Part shown: in pieces, positions 1-14,394 of the stretch
Layout: every line of letters begins with the position of its first letter
Position numbering within the stretch: the stretch's first letter is position 1
Assembly: GCA_965235115.1 (NCBI GenBank)
Contig: OZ249442.1
Coordinates: 27,714,001-27,778,000 of the forward strand
Length of the DNA stretch: 64,000 nucleotides
Reading direction: 5' to 3'
Source: Laetmonice hystrix
Taxonomy: Eukaryota
Program-made: the position numbers and the translations under genes
Notes under the pieces: generated by a model
What the model was told of the DNA's origin: nothing
Database searches by the model: none
The model's input: only the letters and a program-made list of their open reading frames with translations

Positions 1-3000
1 TCTTTCTTGTGGTTTGAAATCAGGTGCCCTTGAAATAGATCAAAAAGTCTCACTCCCATTTAAAAATGGTGGCGCCAAATTAGCGGTTATACACGTAACC
101 AGTCGGATAGTGACGAGAGTGGAATGCCACCGAGCCAGAGGAAGGGAGGGCGGGGCTTGGGTTTGAATGGGGGAGGGAAGCACGCCCCCTTTGTTTTTTT
201 AAATTTTTCCATGTCTGGTGTAGGCCTGTTTATCCAGTCTAATTTACTAGACCTCCAATTACTGGGTCAAATTCAACAGGAACAGCAGCCCACTGAGCCA
301 GACTAAGGCCAAAGACCCTTCCTTGCTAAGGTTAAGCACCGACGCCCCACTCCCACATTCTATAGGAGGTAGCATAGATTCACAGGAATCCCCCCTTCGC
401 CTCAGCGATTTTGATTTTGAATGTTGACCCCTTAACAAGAGTGACCTAAAATTTAAATATTTCCTTCCAGTTTGTTTGGTCATCTTTTAAAAGTAATTTA
501 ATTGTAATGTTATACAGACTCGACTGTTGAGCTAATTCATTTTTCATTTTTTCAGGGAAGATTCTGCTGAGCAAACAGAAGAGCACACATTTCTGATGGA
601 CACCGAAAGCTTCAACACAGAGACGGAAAACGGAGAAAACAACCTGAATAAATTTAAGTAGGGGATCATGTATACATTCAATTACTTTTTAAATATTACA
701 TAATAGCCATGTTAACTGTCAATGGTAATTGAGAACTACTTTACAAAGAGAAAATAAGAACTATGCAAGGTAGACACGTCAAGTTTTGATGGATTTGTCT
801 GATAAAAGTATGAATAAAGGTTATTTTCATATAAATGGTATTGAACTCTTATAATTTATACTTGTATCTTGATAGAAATATACGTTGATCCCACTACTTG
901 TCGTTCATTAGCATGTAATTATTTAACAATAGTTCATTTTTCAGTTTAAATAACAAATATATTGAACCTTGTTAAAGTCTCATATGTAAAAATGAAATCA
1001 ATTCTCCTTCTAGTTTGACACAATGTTAGTCAGTATGACCAAGATACTTCGTCATAGTCATAGTTAAAGTCACCCTTAGTCACAATAAGTAGGTCACTTA
1101 TGCTGGCGAACCTTGTTAGACTGTTAGTCAAAATGGCTAAGAATTTTAAAAAAGGTTCGGACATTTCTCCATCGTCAAAAACGCGAACATTTTGCTGATT
1201 TTTTAGCGTTTTTGACTAACATTCTAACCCTGAATTTTTTCTGTGTAGGTTCCTCGAGCCACTTTCTTCTGGTGCTGAGCAGATATGGCCGCCAGAGCCA
1301 GACGTATTTCATCTCGGACATGTGTAAGTTCTCAACGCCAATCTATGGTACTGCGGGTCGGAATTTAATCCTCGGCGCTGAAGTTCACATGTGCCAACCC
1401 CAGTTGCTTACCGTGGGAGGCGAAATACGGTTAGCGGTAACGGCAGTGGACTGGGAGTTACACCAACAGAGCCCGATGTTGCAGTATGCAGGCCCATGAA
1501 CTGTGATCCCGGAAGACCGGTGAACAAGCGCCTTGCCGCACACCCACCCCTTCCACAGGTGCGCCAGGGGCTATCCGATTTCGTCGCCAAATCAAACGCC
1601 TTGGCAAAAAGACAACCTGGCTTATCATTCGGACTGGTTCCAGCTCAAGGCTGTTTGGTGATCATTGCGCCTGAAAGCTCAGCTAAAATAAGTAACAACA
1701 TCCAATAACATTGATTTCCGCCAGCAGTCAGCCCTGAGCTGCGTCAAGTCTAAGATGCGTAAAACGACAAATGACAATATCTGTACTGCGCGCCATAATT
1801 CCTCACAGTATACTCCCGTCTGTAATTGGTCCCTCGGGATCGCTCCGGGAAGATGCCCTTCTAAAACCTCCAAACATAAAATAATACAACCACGTACGTT
1901 TACTGTGCATAAATCGATACAGCCGGCCATCAATTTCATCCCAGTTGCTTCCAAGAATATTTTTCTCATCCATAACTCATTGTTCCAGATCGGACACCTA
2001 CGCAATGTGAACTCTTATTTTAATTCGACTCACCCGGCCACTAGTGCTGTCAAGTCAAGTATGCTCAACCTTTATCCATACTGATGTTAATTTATCTTTT
2101 GATCCATTGACAATAATAACCTTGCACAGCTAAATATCTCAGACATCGGCTTATTTCGTCGCGATACGTCAGTTTAAATTGGTCTTTCCTACAAGAGATT
2201 AAATGTCAAGGGACATTTATTTCATTCGCATGGAGTAAGTTATTAGAAATTAAATATCAAAGGAGACTTATTTCGGTCACCCGGTCTCAGCAAACCAGCA
2301 GGGGAATTGATCAGATTATACAAAATATTAAAGTAATATTTCATCATCGACTTTTTGAGAAGTTCGATTTCGGAGCGCGGTTTGGTGGACAATCTGTGGT
2401 TTAACAGCACAGTCAAAATAAAACGATCGTACGTCACTGCCTCACATGATTCAAGACTTCATGGCGGAAGAATTATACTTTATAGATTCCAGACAACCGT
2501 ACTGAATGCTTATGTATAGTGTATCGACCTCCCTCCGACAGTCATGAGCAATCATGACTTACGGCCAGGTACATGACTGCAGTCTGATTACAATGGCAGT
2601 AATGGTAATACCTGTGTGATTTGATGGCGGGGGCTGTCTGTGGCCCGGGGACCGCTCGTCGTACGGACCAGTCTGTGGGGTGACATCTTCTCGGGAACCT
2701 CGTCTCCTGGCCAACTCAAACCGCCAACTGACCAGTCTTACATTGTGACTGCAGTGACATCTCCACGACGTCCATGGCTGATGTGTTGTGTGACAGCTGG
2801 CCGGGTGGTTGAAGGACTTCAGGACCAGAGTCTGCACGCCTGCGTGTTGGCTTGACCGCGTGGGGTTGTGTGTTTGTACAGTGGCGAGTAGCGGCGTGTG
2901 TCAGCAGTTGTTAGGCCATATTACTCCCAAGCCAGTCGTCGACGTGATGAAGTCCTTTCGGCTGCAGATTACTTGGCCTGGCACTGCGGTCGATGGCGGG

Positions 3001-3552
3001 CTTGAAGACAAGTGTCCTCAGCGGCCGCATGCGTCGTGTGTACCCTCGACTTCTGCTGATGTGTCGTTGGAACGCAATTCATTGCCTCTGAGGCCCGGAT
3101 TGGAGATTTGCTAGATGCTGCTGCAGGTCCGAGTGTTCTTGTTTTGGCTTCGACTGCTGCCGTTAGTCGGAGGCCAGTTGGCGGCAGCCAGACTGGTGGG
3201 TTGGTGCAGGGACGGGGCATGCGCGGCCGGTTGTTTCTGGTGATGGGAAGTCGTAGCGGCGGTGAGTGGGGCGGGGGGGGGGGGGCGCTACAAGCGGTAA
3301 TGCGTTCCACGCGGGGCGGCGCGGAGAGCGTAGCGCTGTTCAATAGTGGCAAGAACACGTGGTCGATCTCCCTGGCAGCAGCTGCTGGTCGTGGGCGACT
3401 GGTGCTGGCTGTCTGCTTTCTCGCCTCCCGCGTCTTACCCCTACCACCTCCAGGCCGTGCCAGAGCCGGGCCGGGGGAAGGGGGGGTGCTTGTCGGTAAC
3501 CCTTGGACTTGTCGAAATATCCGAGAAATCTTCCCAGCACTGCCAGGCCCTG

Positions 3553-5190
3553 CCAGAACCTCACCCAAACACACGCACCCAACCCTGCCATCTTCTCCAC
3601 TCTAACAGTCCCAGAACCTCCATCTCACCCAAACACACGCCTACCCAACCCCGCCATCTTCTCCACTCTAACAGTCCCAGAACCTCCATCTCACCCAAAC
3701 ACACGAACCCAACCCTGCCATCTTCTCCACTCTAACAGTCCCAGAACCTCCATCTCACCCAAACACACGCCTACCCAACCCTGTCATCTTCTCCACTCTA
3801 ACAGTCCCAGAACCTCCATCTCACCCAAACACACGCCTACCCAACCCTGCCATCTTCTCCACTCTAACAGTCCCAGAACCTCCATCTCACCCAAACACAC
3901 GCCTACCCAACCCCGCCATCTTCTCCACTCTAACAGTCCCAGAACCTCCATCTCACCCAAACACACGCCTACCCAACCCCGCCATCTTCTCCACTCTAAC
4001 AGTCCCAGAACCTCCATCTCACCCAAACACACGCCTACCCAACCCCGCCATCTTCTCCACTCTAACAGTCCCAGAACCTCCATCTCACCCAAACACACGC
4101 CTACCCAACCCCGCCATCTTCTCCACTCTAACAGTCCCAGAACCTCCATCTCACCCAAACACACGCCTACCCAACCCTGCCATCTTCTCCACTCTAACAG
4201 TCCCAGAACCTCCATCTCACCCAAACACACGCCTACCCAACCCTGCCATCTTCTCCACTCTAACAGTCCCAGAACCTCCATCTCACCCAAACACACGCCT
4301 ACCCAACCCTGCCATCTTCTCCACTCTAACAGTCCCAGAACCTCCATCTCACCCAAACACACGCCTACCTAACCCTGTCATCTTCTCCACTCTAACAGTC
4401 CCAGAACCTCCATCTCACCCAAACACACGCCTACCTAACCCTGTCATCTTCTCCACTCTAACAGTCCCAGAACCTCCATCTCACCCAAACACACGAACCC
4501 AACCCCGCCATCTTCTCCACTCTAACAGTCCCAGAACCTCCATCTCACCTAAACACACGCCTACCCAACCCCGCCATCTTCTCCACTCTAACAGTCCCAG
4601 AACCTCCATCTCACCCAAACACACGCCTACCCAACCCCGCCATCTTCTCCACTCTAACAGTCCCAGAACCTCCATCTCACCCAAACACACGCCTACCCAA
4701 CCCTGCCATCTTCTCCACTCTAACAGTCCCAGAACCTCAATCTCACCCAAACACACGCCTACCCAACCCCGCCATCTTCTCCACTCTAACAGTCCCAGAA
4801 CCTCCATCTCACCCAAACACACGCCTACCCAACCCTGTCATCTTCTCCACTCTAACAGTCCCAGAACCTCCATCTCACCCAAACACACGAACCCAACCCC
4901 GCCATCTTCTCCACTCTAACAGTCCCAGAACCTCCATCTCACCCAAACACACGCCTACCTAACCCTGTCATCTTCTCCACTCTAACAGTCCCAGAACCTC
5001 CATCTCACCCAAACACACGAACCCAACCCCGCCATCTTCTCCACTCTAACAGTCCCAGAACCTCCATCTCACCCAAACACACGCCTACCTAACCCTGTCA
5101 TCTTCTCCACTCTAACAGTCCCAGAACCTCCATCTCACCCAAACACACGAACCCAACCCCGCCATCTTCTCCACTCTAACAGTCCCAGAA
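3553..5190. repeat. Minisatellite, 66-bp unit, ~25 copies
   Basis: Unit cccaaacacacgcctacccaacc(c/t)gccatcttctccactctaacagtcccagaacctccatctca; it produces the 22-aa periodic ORFs. Confidence 0.97.
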
Positions 5191-6076
5191 GTTCCTCTGA
5201 AACCAAACGACCCGGCGTTCACCAATCTGTTTTTGCTTCCACTACTCGAGATCCACGACAATATATCTCCAAGCACAGTGCTTCCAACATGTCCAGCATT
5301 ATTACGTAAACACAACGAAACATGCAGTCATGTTGGCTTCTAATGAAAAGTGAAATTGAGTCGAATTTTATTTCCAGTCTACAACTGTTTGCAAACTTCA
5401 TCCCCCGGTTGAACGTATCCAGCGGTGTTGATAAGATCACAGTCCTCATAGACCAGTCCCTTAGGAGAAAACTCATGTCTCCTCTTTCACAAATCTTCAC
5501 TCGGACATCCGAGAACGTGACCACATAAAGGTAAATCCTTTTGAAACATGATCGCGATGACCGTAAATTTTTAATGACAAAAGTTTGAAATCCCTCCGAA
5601 AGTCAAACATGGCAAGAGACGCAGTACACTTTGGAAGTTGTAATCTGTTTGCATGCCACAGCGGGCTGACAGCAGTTTGTGTAGGAGGTACTCCCCAAGG
5701 TATCGCCTTCGTGCCTCGTACAGGCATGAGCTCCATGGGCCTCCCGTATGAACATACTGGCTGGTTGGGGCTCATATACAGTACGCTTCGGTAGATCACA
5801 TCAAACATCAAAGTGTGCAGGGAATGAAATCCAAATTACCACAGCAAAAAGCACTGCTTCCAGAGAATCAATGAATCACAATTATGAAGGTACGATCTCA
5901 ATTTGACTATAATTGCCCAAACATCGGCTTGTCTTTTTCTTAAGTATCTATAGCTTTATATGACAGATGACGGAAGGGAAATCCAATGTACGATTTATCC
6001 CGCGACAGGATGGTTAAAAGACTATACTCTACCACATGTAAAACCTTCCATGATTACCTCAATGTTTGTGTTTGAT

Positions 6077-6384
6077 CCCGGTGGGTAGAAATGTCTCAGG
6101 TAACACACCCAATGACCCGGTGGGTAGAAATGTCTCAGGTAACACACCCAATGACCCGGTGGGTAGAAATGTCTCAGGTAACACACCCAATGACCCGGTG
6201 GGTAGAAATGTCTCAGGTAACACACCCAATGACCCGGTGGATAGAAATGTCTCAGGTAACACACCCAATGACCCGGTGGGTAGAAATGTCTCAGGTAACA
6301 CACCCAATGACCCGGTGGATAGAAATGTCCCAGGTAACACACACAATGACCCGGTGGGTAGAAATGTCTCAGGTAACACACCCA
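6077..6384. repeat. Minisatellite, 39-bp unit, ~8 copies
   Basis: Unit gacccggtgggtagaaatgtctcaggtaacacacccaat. Confidence 0.96.
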
Positions 6385-6388
6385 CTTA

Positions 6389-6996
6389 ACACCACCAGTC
6401 CACACGTGTCAGAGTGTTGTACAGGTTGTACTACGTTCACTCGGAGGTCAACCCCGACACCACCAGTCCACACGTGTCAGAGTGTTGTACAGGTTGTACT
6501 ACGTTCACTCGGAGGTCAACCCTGACACCACCAGTCCACACGTGTCAGAGTGTTGTACAGGTTGTACTACGTTCACTCGGAGGTCAACCCCGACACCACC
6601 AGTCCACACGTGTCAGAGTGTTGTACAGGTTGTACTACGTTCACTCGGAGGTCAACCCTGACACCACCAGTCCACACGTGTCAGAGTGTTGTACAGGTTG
6701 TACTACGTTCACTCGGAGGTCAACCCCGACACCACCAGTCCACACGTGTCAGAGTGTTGTACAGGTTGTACTACGTTCACTCGGAGGTCAACCCCGACAC
6801 CACCAGTCCACACGTGTCAGAGTGTTGTACAGGTTGCACTACGTTCACTCGGAGGTCAACCCTGACACCACCAGTCCACACGTGTCAGAGTGTTGTACAG
6901 GTTGTACTACGTTCACTCGGAGGTCAACCCTGACACCACCAGTCAACACGTGTGTTGTACAGGTTGTACTGCGTTTACTCGGAGGTCAACCCTGAC
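6389..6996. repeat. Minisatellite, 68-bp unit, ~9 copies, directly abutting the 39-bp array
   Basis: Unit caccaccagtccacacgtgtcagagtgttgtacaggttgtactacgttcactcggaggtcaaccc(c/t)ga. Confidence 0.96.
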
Positions 6997-7558
6997 TACA
7001 GAACTTGAAGGAAAGCATCATATCCGGTTCAAGAACGACATGTACTACCAGACCCAGCGGGCATTCACTGTCCCCTTTGGCGTCACTTCTTCCCGTTTAC
7101 TTGTCTATTTATTTTTTTTCTAGGTTTTTTTTTCTCACCGGGCTTTCTTAATTGACCATGTTGTCCACTTTGGACCCCTCCCCCCCCCCCCTCGAAAATC
7201 CTGGATCCGCCCCTGATATGTTCTCTTTTCCACGGTTGAGTACGAATGCACCCGAATTAAAACCTTCTGTTATTTCCACCCCTCGCTATTGACTAATAAG
7301 TATACGAGCATGGATCGCCTAACACTCACATAGGACTTTAACACGGATGGCCTAACACTCACATAGGACTTATAAACAAGGGACGTACAAGAACGTCTGT
7401 GTCGTCGACAGACCCCACTGCCACGGCTATCTATGTCCATATCGATTAGCAGCAGTGTGCCAATATATACTTATAGTGCTGACTTGGTGTCGGATGTTTC
7501 AAGCAATCAAGACGGTCGTTGTTATTACGTTCGTGCATGTATCATAACCGCCGATCTC

Positions 7559-8199
7559 CAAACAACGATCGTATTCGTAACCACGCATGTCGAGACAGCC
7601 GGCTGGAACCACGCGCCTGATCAAAACAACGATCGTATTCGTAACCATACATGTAGAGACAGCCGGCTGGAACCACGCGCCTGATCAAAACAACGATCGT
7701 ATTCGTAACCAGACATGTAGAGACAGCCGGCTGGAACCACGCGCCTGATCAAAACAACAATCGTATTCGTAACCACGCATGTAGAGACAGCCGGCTGGAA
7801 CCACGCGCCTGATCAAAACAACGGTCGTATTCGTAACCACACATAGAGACAGCCGGCTGGAACCACGCGCCTGATCAAAACAACGATCGTATTCGTAACC
7901 ATACATGTCGAGACAGCCGGCTGGAACCACGCGCCTGATCAAAACAACGATCGTATTCGTAACCATACATGTAGAGACAGCCGGCTGGAACCACGCGCCT
8001 GATCAAAACAACGATCGTATTCGTAACCATACATGTAGAGACAGCCGGCTGGAACCACGCGCCTGATCAAAACAACGATCGTATTCGTAACCATACATGT
8101 AGGGACAGCCGGCTGGAACCACGCGCCTGATCAAAACAACGATCGTATTCGTAACCACGCATGTAGAGACAGCCGGCTGGAACCACGCGCCTGATCAAA
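7559..8199. repeat. Minisatellite, 64-bp unit, ~10 copies
   Basis: Unit gatcaaaacaacgatcgtattcgtaaccatacatgtagagacagccggctggaaccacgcgcct. Confidence 0.96.
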
Positions 8200-8942
8200 A
8201 GCCCACTTGGCGTCTACTACTTACTTACAGCTTCTGCGCAAAAGAAACTTATCGAAGGGCCTTTGAGTTGCTTCCTCATATCTTCACCCATACGACATGA
8301 TTTTACGCTTAGCTTTACGGCGTCTGGTGGCGGTTATAGATGGGGCATTTTGATAGGCTCCGAGAAAATAAAAATCATAGCCCGGTAGAGGACTTGAAAA
8401 CCCACTCGGTTTGTGTCACGGCTCAGTGGTTTCCTGAGTGTATAAATAAGGGTGCAATGATTGGTGTTGCCACGCATGTACACACAACTGACAGTTGGCT
8501 GGCGGTTCGCTGCGGTTGATAGCATTTTAACCACGCTCCCTGTTTGCGTTGAGTTGGTGCTGCATCCTTAACCATCTCGTTGGAGCGAGGAATGCGTGGA
8601 TTTTTACCGAGAAAGCTCAGGGGGTTGTTTGCACCGCAGTCCGCTACGCTCCACGATCACAAAGTTGTGAACTGCGGACATTCGCCGTTATAAGCTGAAA
8701 AAATCGTAGCGATATAAACTCAAGCATGCACTCTGCCTTGAATCCTGCTAACCGCCAGCAGCCATTAATAATTTTCTCTTCGCCCCTGAGGTGTTTAAAT
8801 CAGCCAGGTAACGCTAATGGATTATTAGTTACGTGGCAACCCATTAAATTCTCAATTTCTGCTTAACGTGTAAGAAGTAGTCGGCAAGCAGGTATTACTA
8901 TTTATGGTATTACGGAGAATTGTGTCAGCACAATTACGTATT

Positions 8943-9242
8943 ATGAGGAGTCGTGCCATGAGGAATCGCGCCATGAGGAATCGCGCCATGAGGAGTCGTG
9001 CCATGAGGAATCGTGCCATGAGGAATCGTGCCATGAGGAATCGTGCCATGAGGAGTCGTGCCATGAGGAATTGTGCCATGAGGAATGGCGCCATGAGGAA
9101 TCGTGCCATGAGGAATCGTGCCATGAGGAATCGCGCCATGAGGAATCGTGCCATGAGGAATCGCGCCATGGGGAATGGCGCCATGAGGAATCGTGCCATG
9201 AGGAATGGCGCCATAAGGAATGGCGCCATAAGGAATGGCGCC
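8943..9242. repeat. Minisatellite, 15-bp unit, ~20 copies
   Basis: Unit gccatgaggaatcgt, with variants. Confidence 0.95.
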
Positions 9243-9567
9243 GATATCATAAACCTTCACACAACATCCCAACTCAATGTTTCTGCACCTACTTATCTCA
9301 AACCATAAGATGTTGGCAGTCGGGAAGACTAATGACATCTTATAGCGTGGAATCAAAAGCAACGCCTTCGACTTTTTCAACTGTTAGTAACGACGGGAAG
9401 CCGTTGCACAAGGAAAGTGTGCCACACAAGACATTTAATGCTAATGTTTCGCGAGTTTTTATAGGCTCGGTTTTAACGGATCAAGTTACGCCATGTACTC
9501 TAGTTTGAAACTAAATGCGGTCCCAGAATAACACGCTATAATTTGGCGCAGTGTTCATCGAGTATTC

Positions 9568-9920
9568 TAACAAAAACACACCTACCGAACTATCAAGTGT
9601 GAAGTTCCGTAGTCTTTTAACAAAAACACACCTACCGAACTATTAAGTGTGAAGTTCCGTAGTCTTTTAACAAAAACACACCTACCGAACTATTAAGTGT
9701 GAATTAGTTCCGTAGTCTTTTAACAAAAACACACCTACCGAACTATTAAGTGTGAAGTTCCGTAGTCTTTTAACAAAAACACACCTACCGAACTATCAAG
9801 TGTGAAGTTCCGTAGTCTTTTAACAAAAACACACCTACCGAACTATTAAGTGTGAAGTTCCGTAGTCTTTTAACAAAAACACACCTACCGAACTATTAAG
9901 TGTGAAGTTCCTTAGTCTTT
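9568..9920. repeat. Minisatellite, 50-bp unit, ~7 copies
   Basis: Unit aacaaaaacacacctaccgaactattaagtgtgaagttccgtagtctttt. Confidence 0.95.
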
Positions 9921-11011
9921 AACATAATTAGGGCAGGATTGTGGGTCTTGGATGTTCCTTGCAGTTCCACCGCCAGGGGATCATTGTGTTTAATACAGCA
10001 CACCCAGCCAGTCAAACGGCGCACGTGTTAGCAGGTGTCCGGAAGGTGACACATCACACTGCCAACACCAGACTCCAGCAATGGTCACATTGTGGTCACA
10101 TTGTGGTCACATTGTGCCTTCCAATCAGGAGAGAACTGCCACCTGATCCAACAAAGCCGCATCATTGTGTGTCCGCGCATGCGTGTGGCAGGGAAGACGG
10201 CGTTTGTAGCCTCCAATATCTCATTCTGTAGCGACACCTGTATTTAGTATTTACCTGACTGAGCTGGGCAGGATTCCGGATATCTCCTCCGTGGTAACTT
10301 CAAACCCACGAAATTTTGTCGGAAGTAAAAATCCATAGCCCTGATCTTATCCCTAACTCGGTCCCTCCGCCTCCCAAAAACATAATATCCCTATCCCTAT
10401 CCCTGACCTTAACCCTAACCCTTAACCAAAAATTTTATCTGGGACTGGAAGTTACCATGGGGGAATAACCTAGGATTCACACTTACAGACTGCTCCCTAC
10501 GCAAACCCAGCTTCGGAAACACCATCAACACTCTACCGTCCCTTCCTGCTGAGACAAAGAGCAATTCACCATCGGTCTATAAAGATATCATAAACTATCT
10601 GGACATTCAATACGTGAAACAATCCTGCCGAATGATTTCATTGCCTGGACTAGATCATTTCCATCGGGCTCACGAGATACTCTGTTTTCGTCATTCCTGT
10701 TCAGTGTCAGACAAAGTTTATCTCCTGTTTCGTGTCCGAGCTGTAAATGCCAAGGTGACACCTGGCGTTATGAGTGTTCCAATCTGTGAAAGCTATTCTA
10801 ACTGCAAGTATAGCATCATGTAGCTATAGCTTCCGACAGCTTCATTTGATTGCCTGACCCGATCATGTCTTGGGATATTGTGTTGTATATATAGCTACAG
10901 CTGCAACACCATGCGACAATATAATATCCCCATGTGTGGAGCCGCGAGCAATAAATAGGCTCCTTTAGGCAGGGTCTCCTTGACAATGACGTGCATATAA
11001 AACATCCCTCT

Positions 11012-11413
11012 TGCTCTCACTCCCGCCATACTGTGTATACAAACACGGACAATCCGTTTTTATTATCCAGTATTAAAACATCTCTCACTCCCGCCATACT
11101 GTGTATACAAACACGGAAAATCCGTTTTTATTATCCAGTATTAAAACATCTCTCACTCACGCCATACTGTGTATACAAACACGGAACATCCGTTTTTATT
11201 ATCCAGTATTAAAACATCTCTCACTCCCGCCATACTGTGTATACAAACACGGACAATTCGTTTTTATTATCCAGTATTAAAACATCTCTCACTCCCGCCA
11301 TACTGTGTATACAAACACGGACAATTCGTTTTTATTATCCAGTATTAAAACATCTCTCACTCCCGCCATACTGTGTATACAAACACGGAACATCCGTTTT
11401 TATTATGCAGTAT
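11012..11413. repeat. Minisatellite, 68-bp unit, ~6 copies
   Basis: Unit ctctcactcccgccatactgtgtatacaaacacggacaatccgtttttattatccagtattaaaacat; unrelated to the 68-mer at 6389. Confidence 0.94.
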
Positions 11414-12257
11414 TCCGCAGAGTTCCCGGGGGGGGGGGGGGGGTCCGTCCGGAATCAGACGGGGTCCATGGCAGCAGCACGGACCGACCACGTGGACCAC
11501 CCATGGACCGCCCATGGACCGTTTCCAATCCCCGGACCCCCAGATTCCGTGGACGGTGACTGTCTACCCACCAACCGACCGAGCAAGCTCTGAGTAGGAG
11601 GGGTGCAGCTAAGATAGATAAAGCCAAGCCCTGGGCCCACCATCTCTGCTTCATCACCCTGCCTGTCACAGGGACTTGGCTCTTGATCATATTCCGCCAG
11701 CCGTCTGGCTAATGGACCCCTTGCCATTTCACTTTCCTCGGCTATTATTACCCATTTGTCAAGATTACTCTCCATAATGACTTTTCCGAGAACGTCCAAA
11801 CCCATGAGCATTTCTATAATCCCAACTGAAGAACAGTTTAAGTGACACTGATTTATCTGTCTATATATTAATTGTCCAGGTTGTACTAATGTAAAGAGGT
11901 ACAACAAGGGGGCTCGTATTGCGTCGCCAATTAATATACTGGGTGACATAGGGCCGTTCCCCACACAGTCATGTGACTCGAGAAGTCCTTTTAGTCAGTT
12001 TCACCTGATAAAACAGTTTTCTGCCTTACAGAATATTTCTGCAAATCATATCAATTTTGATATTTTAATGGGGGGTGCCCCCTTTTTGCGACTGACTAGG
12101 TGCACAAGTCATACGTGGTGTGAAATGCAAGTGTCTGATTGCAGTCGCCACCTGGTGAAGTGGCCCAGCACAGAAAAAGACAAGTTCGGGCAATTAACAT
12201 ACAGAAACCATGGATTGTTATTCATGAAAACACGGTAAGGCTCGGCCGACGTAGGAC

Positions 12258-13230
12258 ATCCAGGTCCACACTCACTATCCACGCTACGCCCTCCTGGCAT
12301 GTTGATACAGACATCCAGGCCCACACTCACTATCCACGCTACGGCCCCCGGCATGTTGATACAGACATCCAGGCCCACACTCACTATCCACGCTACGGCC
12401 CCCGGCATGTTGATACAGACATCCAGGCCCACACTCACTATCCACGCTACGGCCCCCGGCATGTTGATACAGACATCCAGACCCACACTCACTATCCACG
12501 CTACGCCCTCCTGGCATGTTGATACAGACATCCAGACCCACACTCACTATCCACGCTACGCCCTCCCGGCATGTTGATACAGACATCCAGGCCCACACTC
12601 ACTATCCATGCTACGGCCCCCGGCATGTTGATACAGACATCCAGACCCACACTCACTATCCATGCTACCCCCTCCTGGCATGTTGATACAGACATCCAGA
12701 CCCACACTCACTATCCATGCTACGGCCCCCGGCATGTTGATACAGACATCCAGACCCACACTCACTATCCATGCTACGCCCTCCTGGCATGTTGATACAG
12801 ACATCCAGACCCACACTCACTATCCACGCTACGGCCCCCGGCATGTTGATACAGACATCCAGGCCCCCACTCACTATCCACGCTACGGCCCCCGGGCATG
12901 TTGATACAGACATCCAGACCCACACTCACTATCCATGCTACGGCCCCTGGCATGTTGATACAGACATCCAGACCCACACTCACTATCCATGCTACGGCCC
13001 CGGCATGTTGATACAGACATCCAGACCCACACTCACTATCCACGCTACGGCCCCCGGCATGTTGATACAGACATCCAGACCCACACTCACTATCCACGCT
13101 ACGGCCCCCGGCATGTTGATACAGACATCCAGGCCCACACTCATTATCCATGCTACGGCCCCCGGCATGTTGATAAAAATATCCAGAACAGCCCACACTA
13201 TCAACGCTACGCCCTCCTGGCATGTTGATA
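12258..13230. repeat. Minisatellite, 54/55-bp unit, ~18 copies
   Basis: Unit gcatgttgatacagacatccag(a/g)cccacactcactatcca(c/t)gctacggcccccg, with a gccctcctg variant. Confidence 0.96.
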
Positions 13231-13726
13231 CAGATATATATGTTTGGGGAGCACTTAACATACACGCGGGCATGTTTGCATGACGGACGCTAATACCGGA
13301 TAGTATTTCCAGGATCGTGACAGTACTTCGATACACTAGATCCATTTAATATGGGTCCATCAAGGCCCGTGGGTTTCAGGGAGCGATCGGTGTCATCGGT
13401 TATATGGGTCCATCAAGGCCCGTGGGTTTCTGGGAGCGATCGCTGTCATCGGTAATGGAAAGAACGGGTCACAAGGAATTTCATCTCGTCCGAAGCCTTA
13501 CTAGGTTCGGAGAGGCCGTCAAACGTCGGCTGACTGGCGAAAGGGGTTGTTCACTACGTATATATCTCTGTGACTGCCATGGTCGCCTACAAAAACACCG
13601 AGGTTCGTACCCTCGGGCCTAGCGGAATACAGCCTGATGGAGGTGTGTATATACACAACATTATCACTCAGTATCCACGCTTAAAGCAATCGGAGAGTAT
13701 CTCATATTTCAATGAGCGAACGGCTC

Positions 13727-13838
13727 ATGGCTGGTTGTTGACCTGGCATTAAAGTGAACAGCCAATGAAATTCATCGGGCCATGAACCAATGAATTTCAT
13801 TGGCTGTTCAAGTCAATGCCAGGTCAACAACCAGCCAT
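13727..13838. repeat. Palindromic hairpin: 49-bp arms with 3 mismatches, 14-nt loop (MITE-like)
   Basis: 13727-13775 is the reverse complement of 13790-13838 apart from aaag/gact; weaker pairing continues outward. Confidence 0.85.
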
Positions 13839-14394
13839 GAAACGATCGCTTCATAGCGACAACAGACAACTGGAATGTTGAATTTCATTAGAGTTCTCCA
13901 TTTCTGTGGGTAAACATTTATTTATCTAATCTAAGGCCTTATCACCCAACAGCCCATGTGTTCATCTTGGAGTCACTGAAATGACAGACACTGATTGATT
14001 TAAGGCTTAGAACCAAAGAACCTTGCGGTGTGTCCTTTCGACATTGTCGCTGATCCATGTATTGTTCATTCTGACGTGTTTACACGCGCGGTTTTCTAGC
14101 CTTGGCAAGAGGTTTATAATACCAAACTTTCCAGTTGATTGACAGCCGACGGATACAACCCAAGTAGCCGGCGTGTCACAAGAAGTCGATATTGACTTAG
14201 TACTCTGACATGCACGTAGTAACCAATTTTGTTACCTGTTTACAAACATGGCAACCGTTGTTGTTGACTTGTTGTAAACGTGTTGTCGGTGTTTGAGCTG
14301 ACGTAATGCATGCATGGTCGATCATTGGGGTCGAACACGGGGTTTATACTGCTCGCCCCCCTCTGTACCGAGGGCTTCAATAGATTCGGCTGCA

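Noticed and set aside
1880-1975. Minus-strand WDEIDGRLYRFMHSKRTW resembling a C-type lectin start
   Set aside because: Preceded by an in-frame stop, lacks the conserved cysteines, and has no continuation.
3503-4822. Periodic ORFs in the 66-bp array
   Set aside because: Translation of a tandem repeat on both strands.
10380-10430. ccctaa telomere-like tract (also ~25605 and ~39730)
   Set aside because: Short and degenerate, inside small repeat elements; not an interstitial telomere.
11455-11964. 169-aa minus-strand ORF
   Set aside because: No recognisable motif and no confident splice partners.
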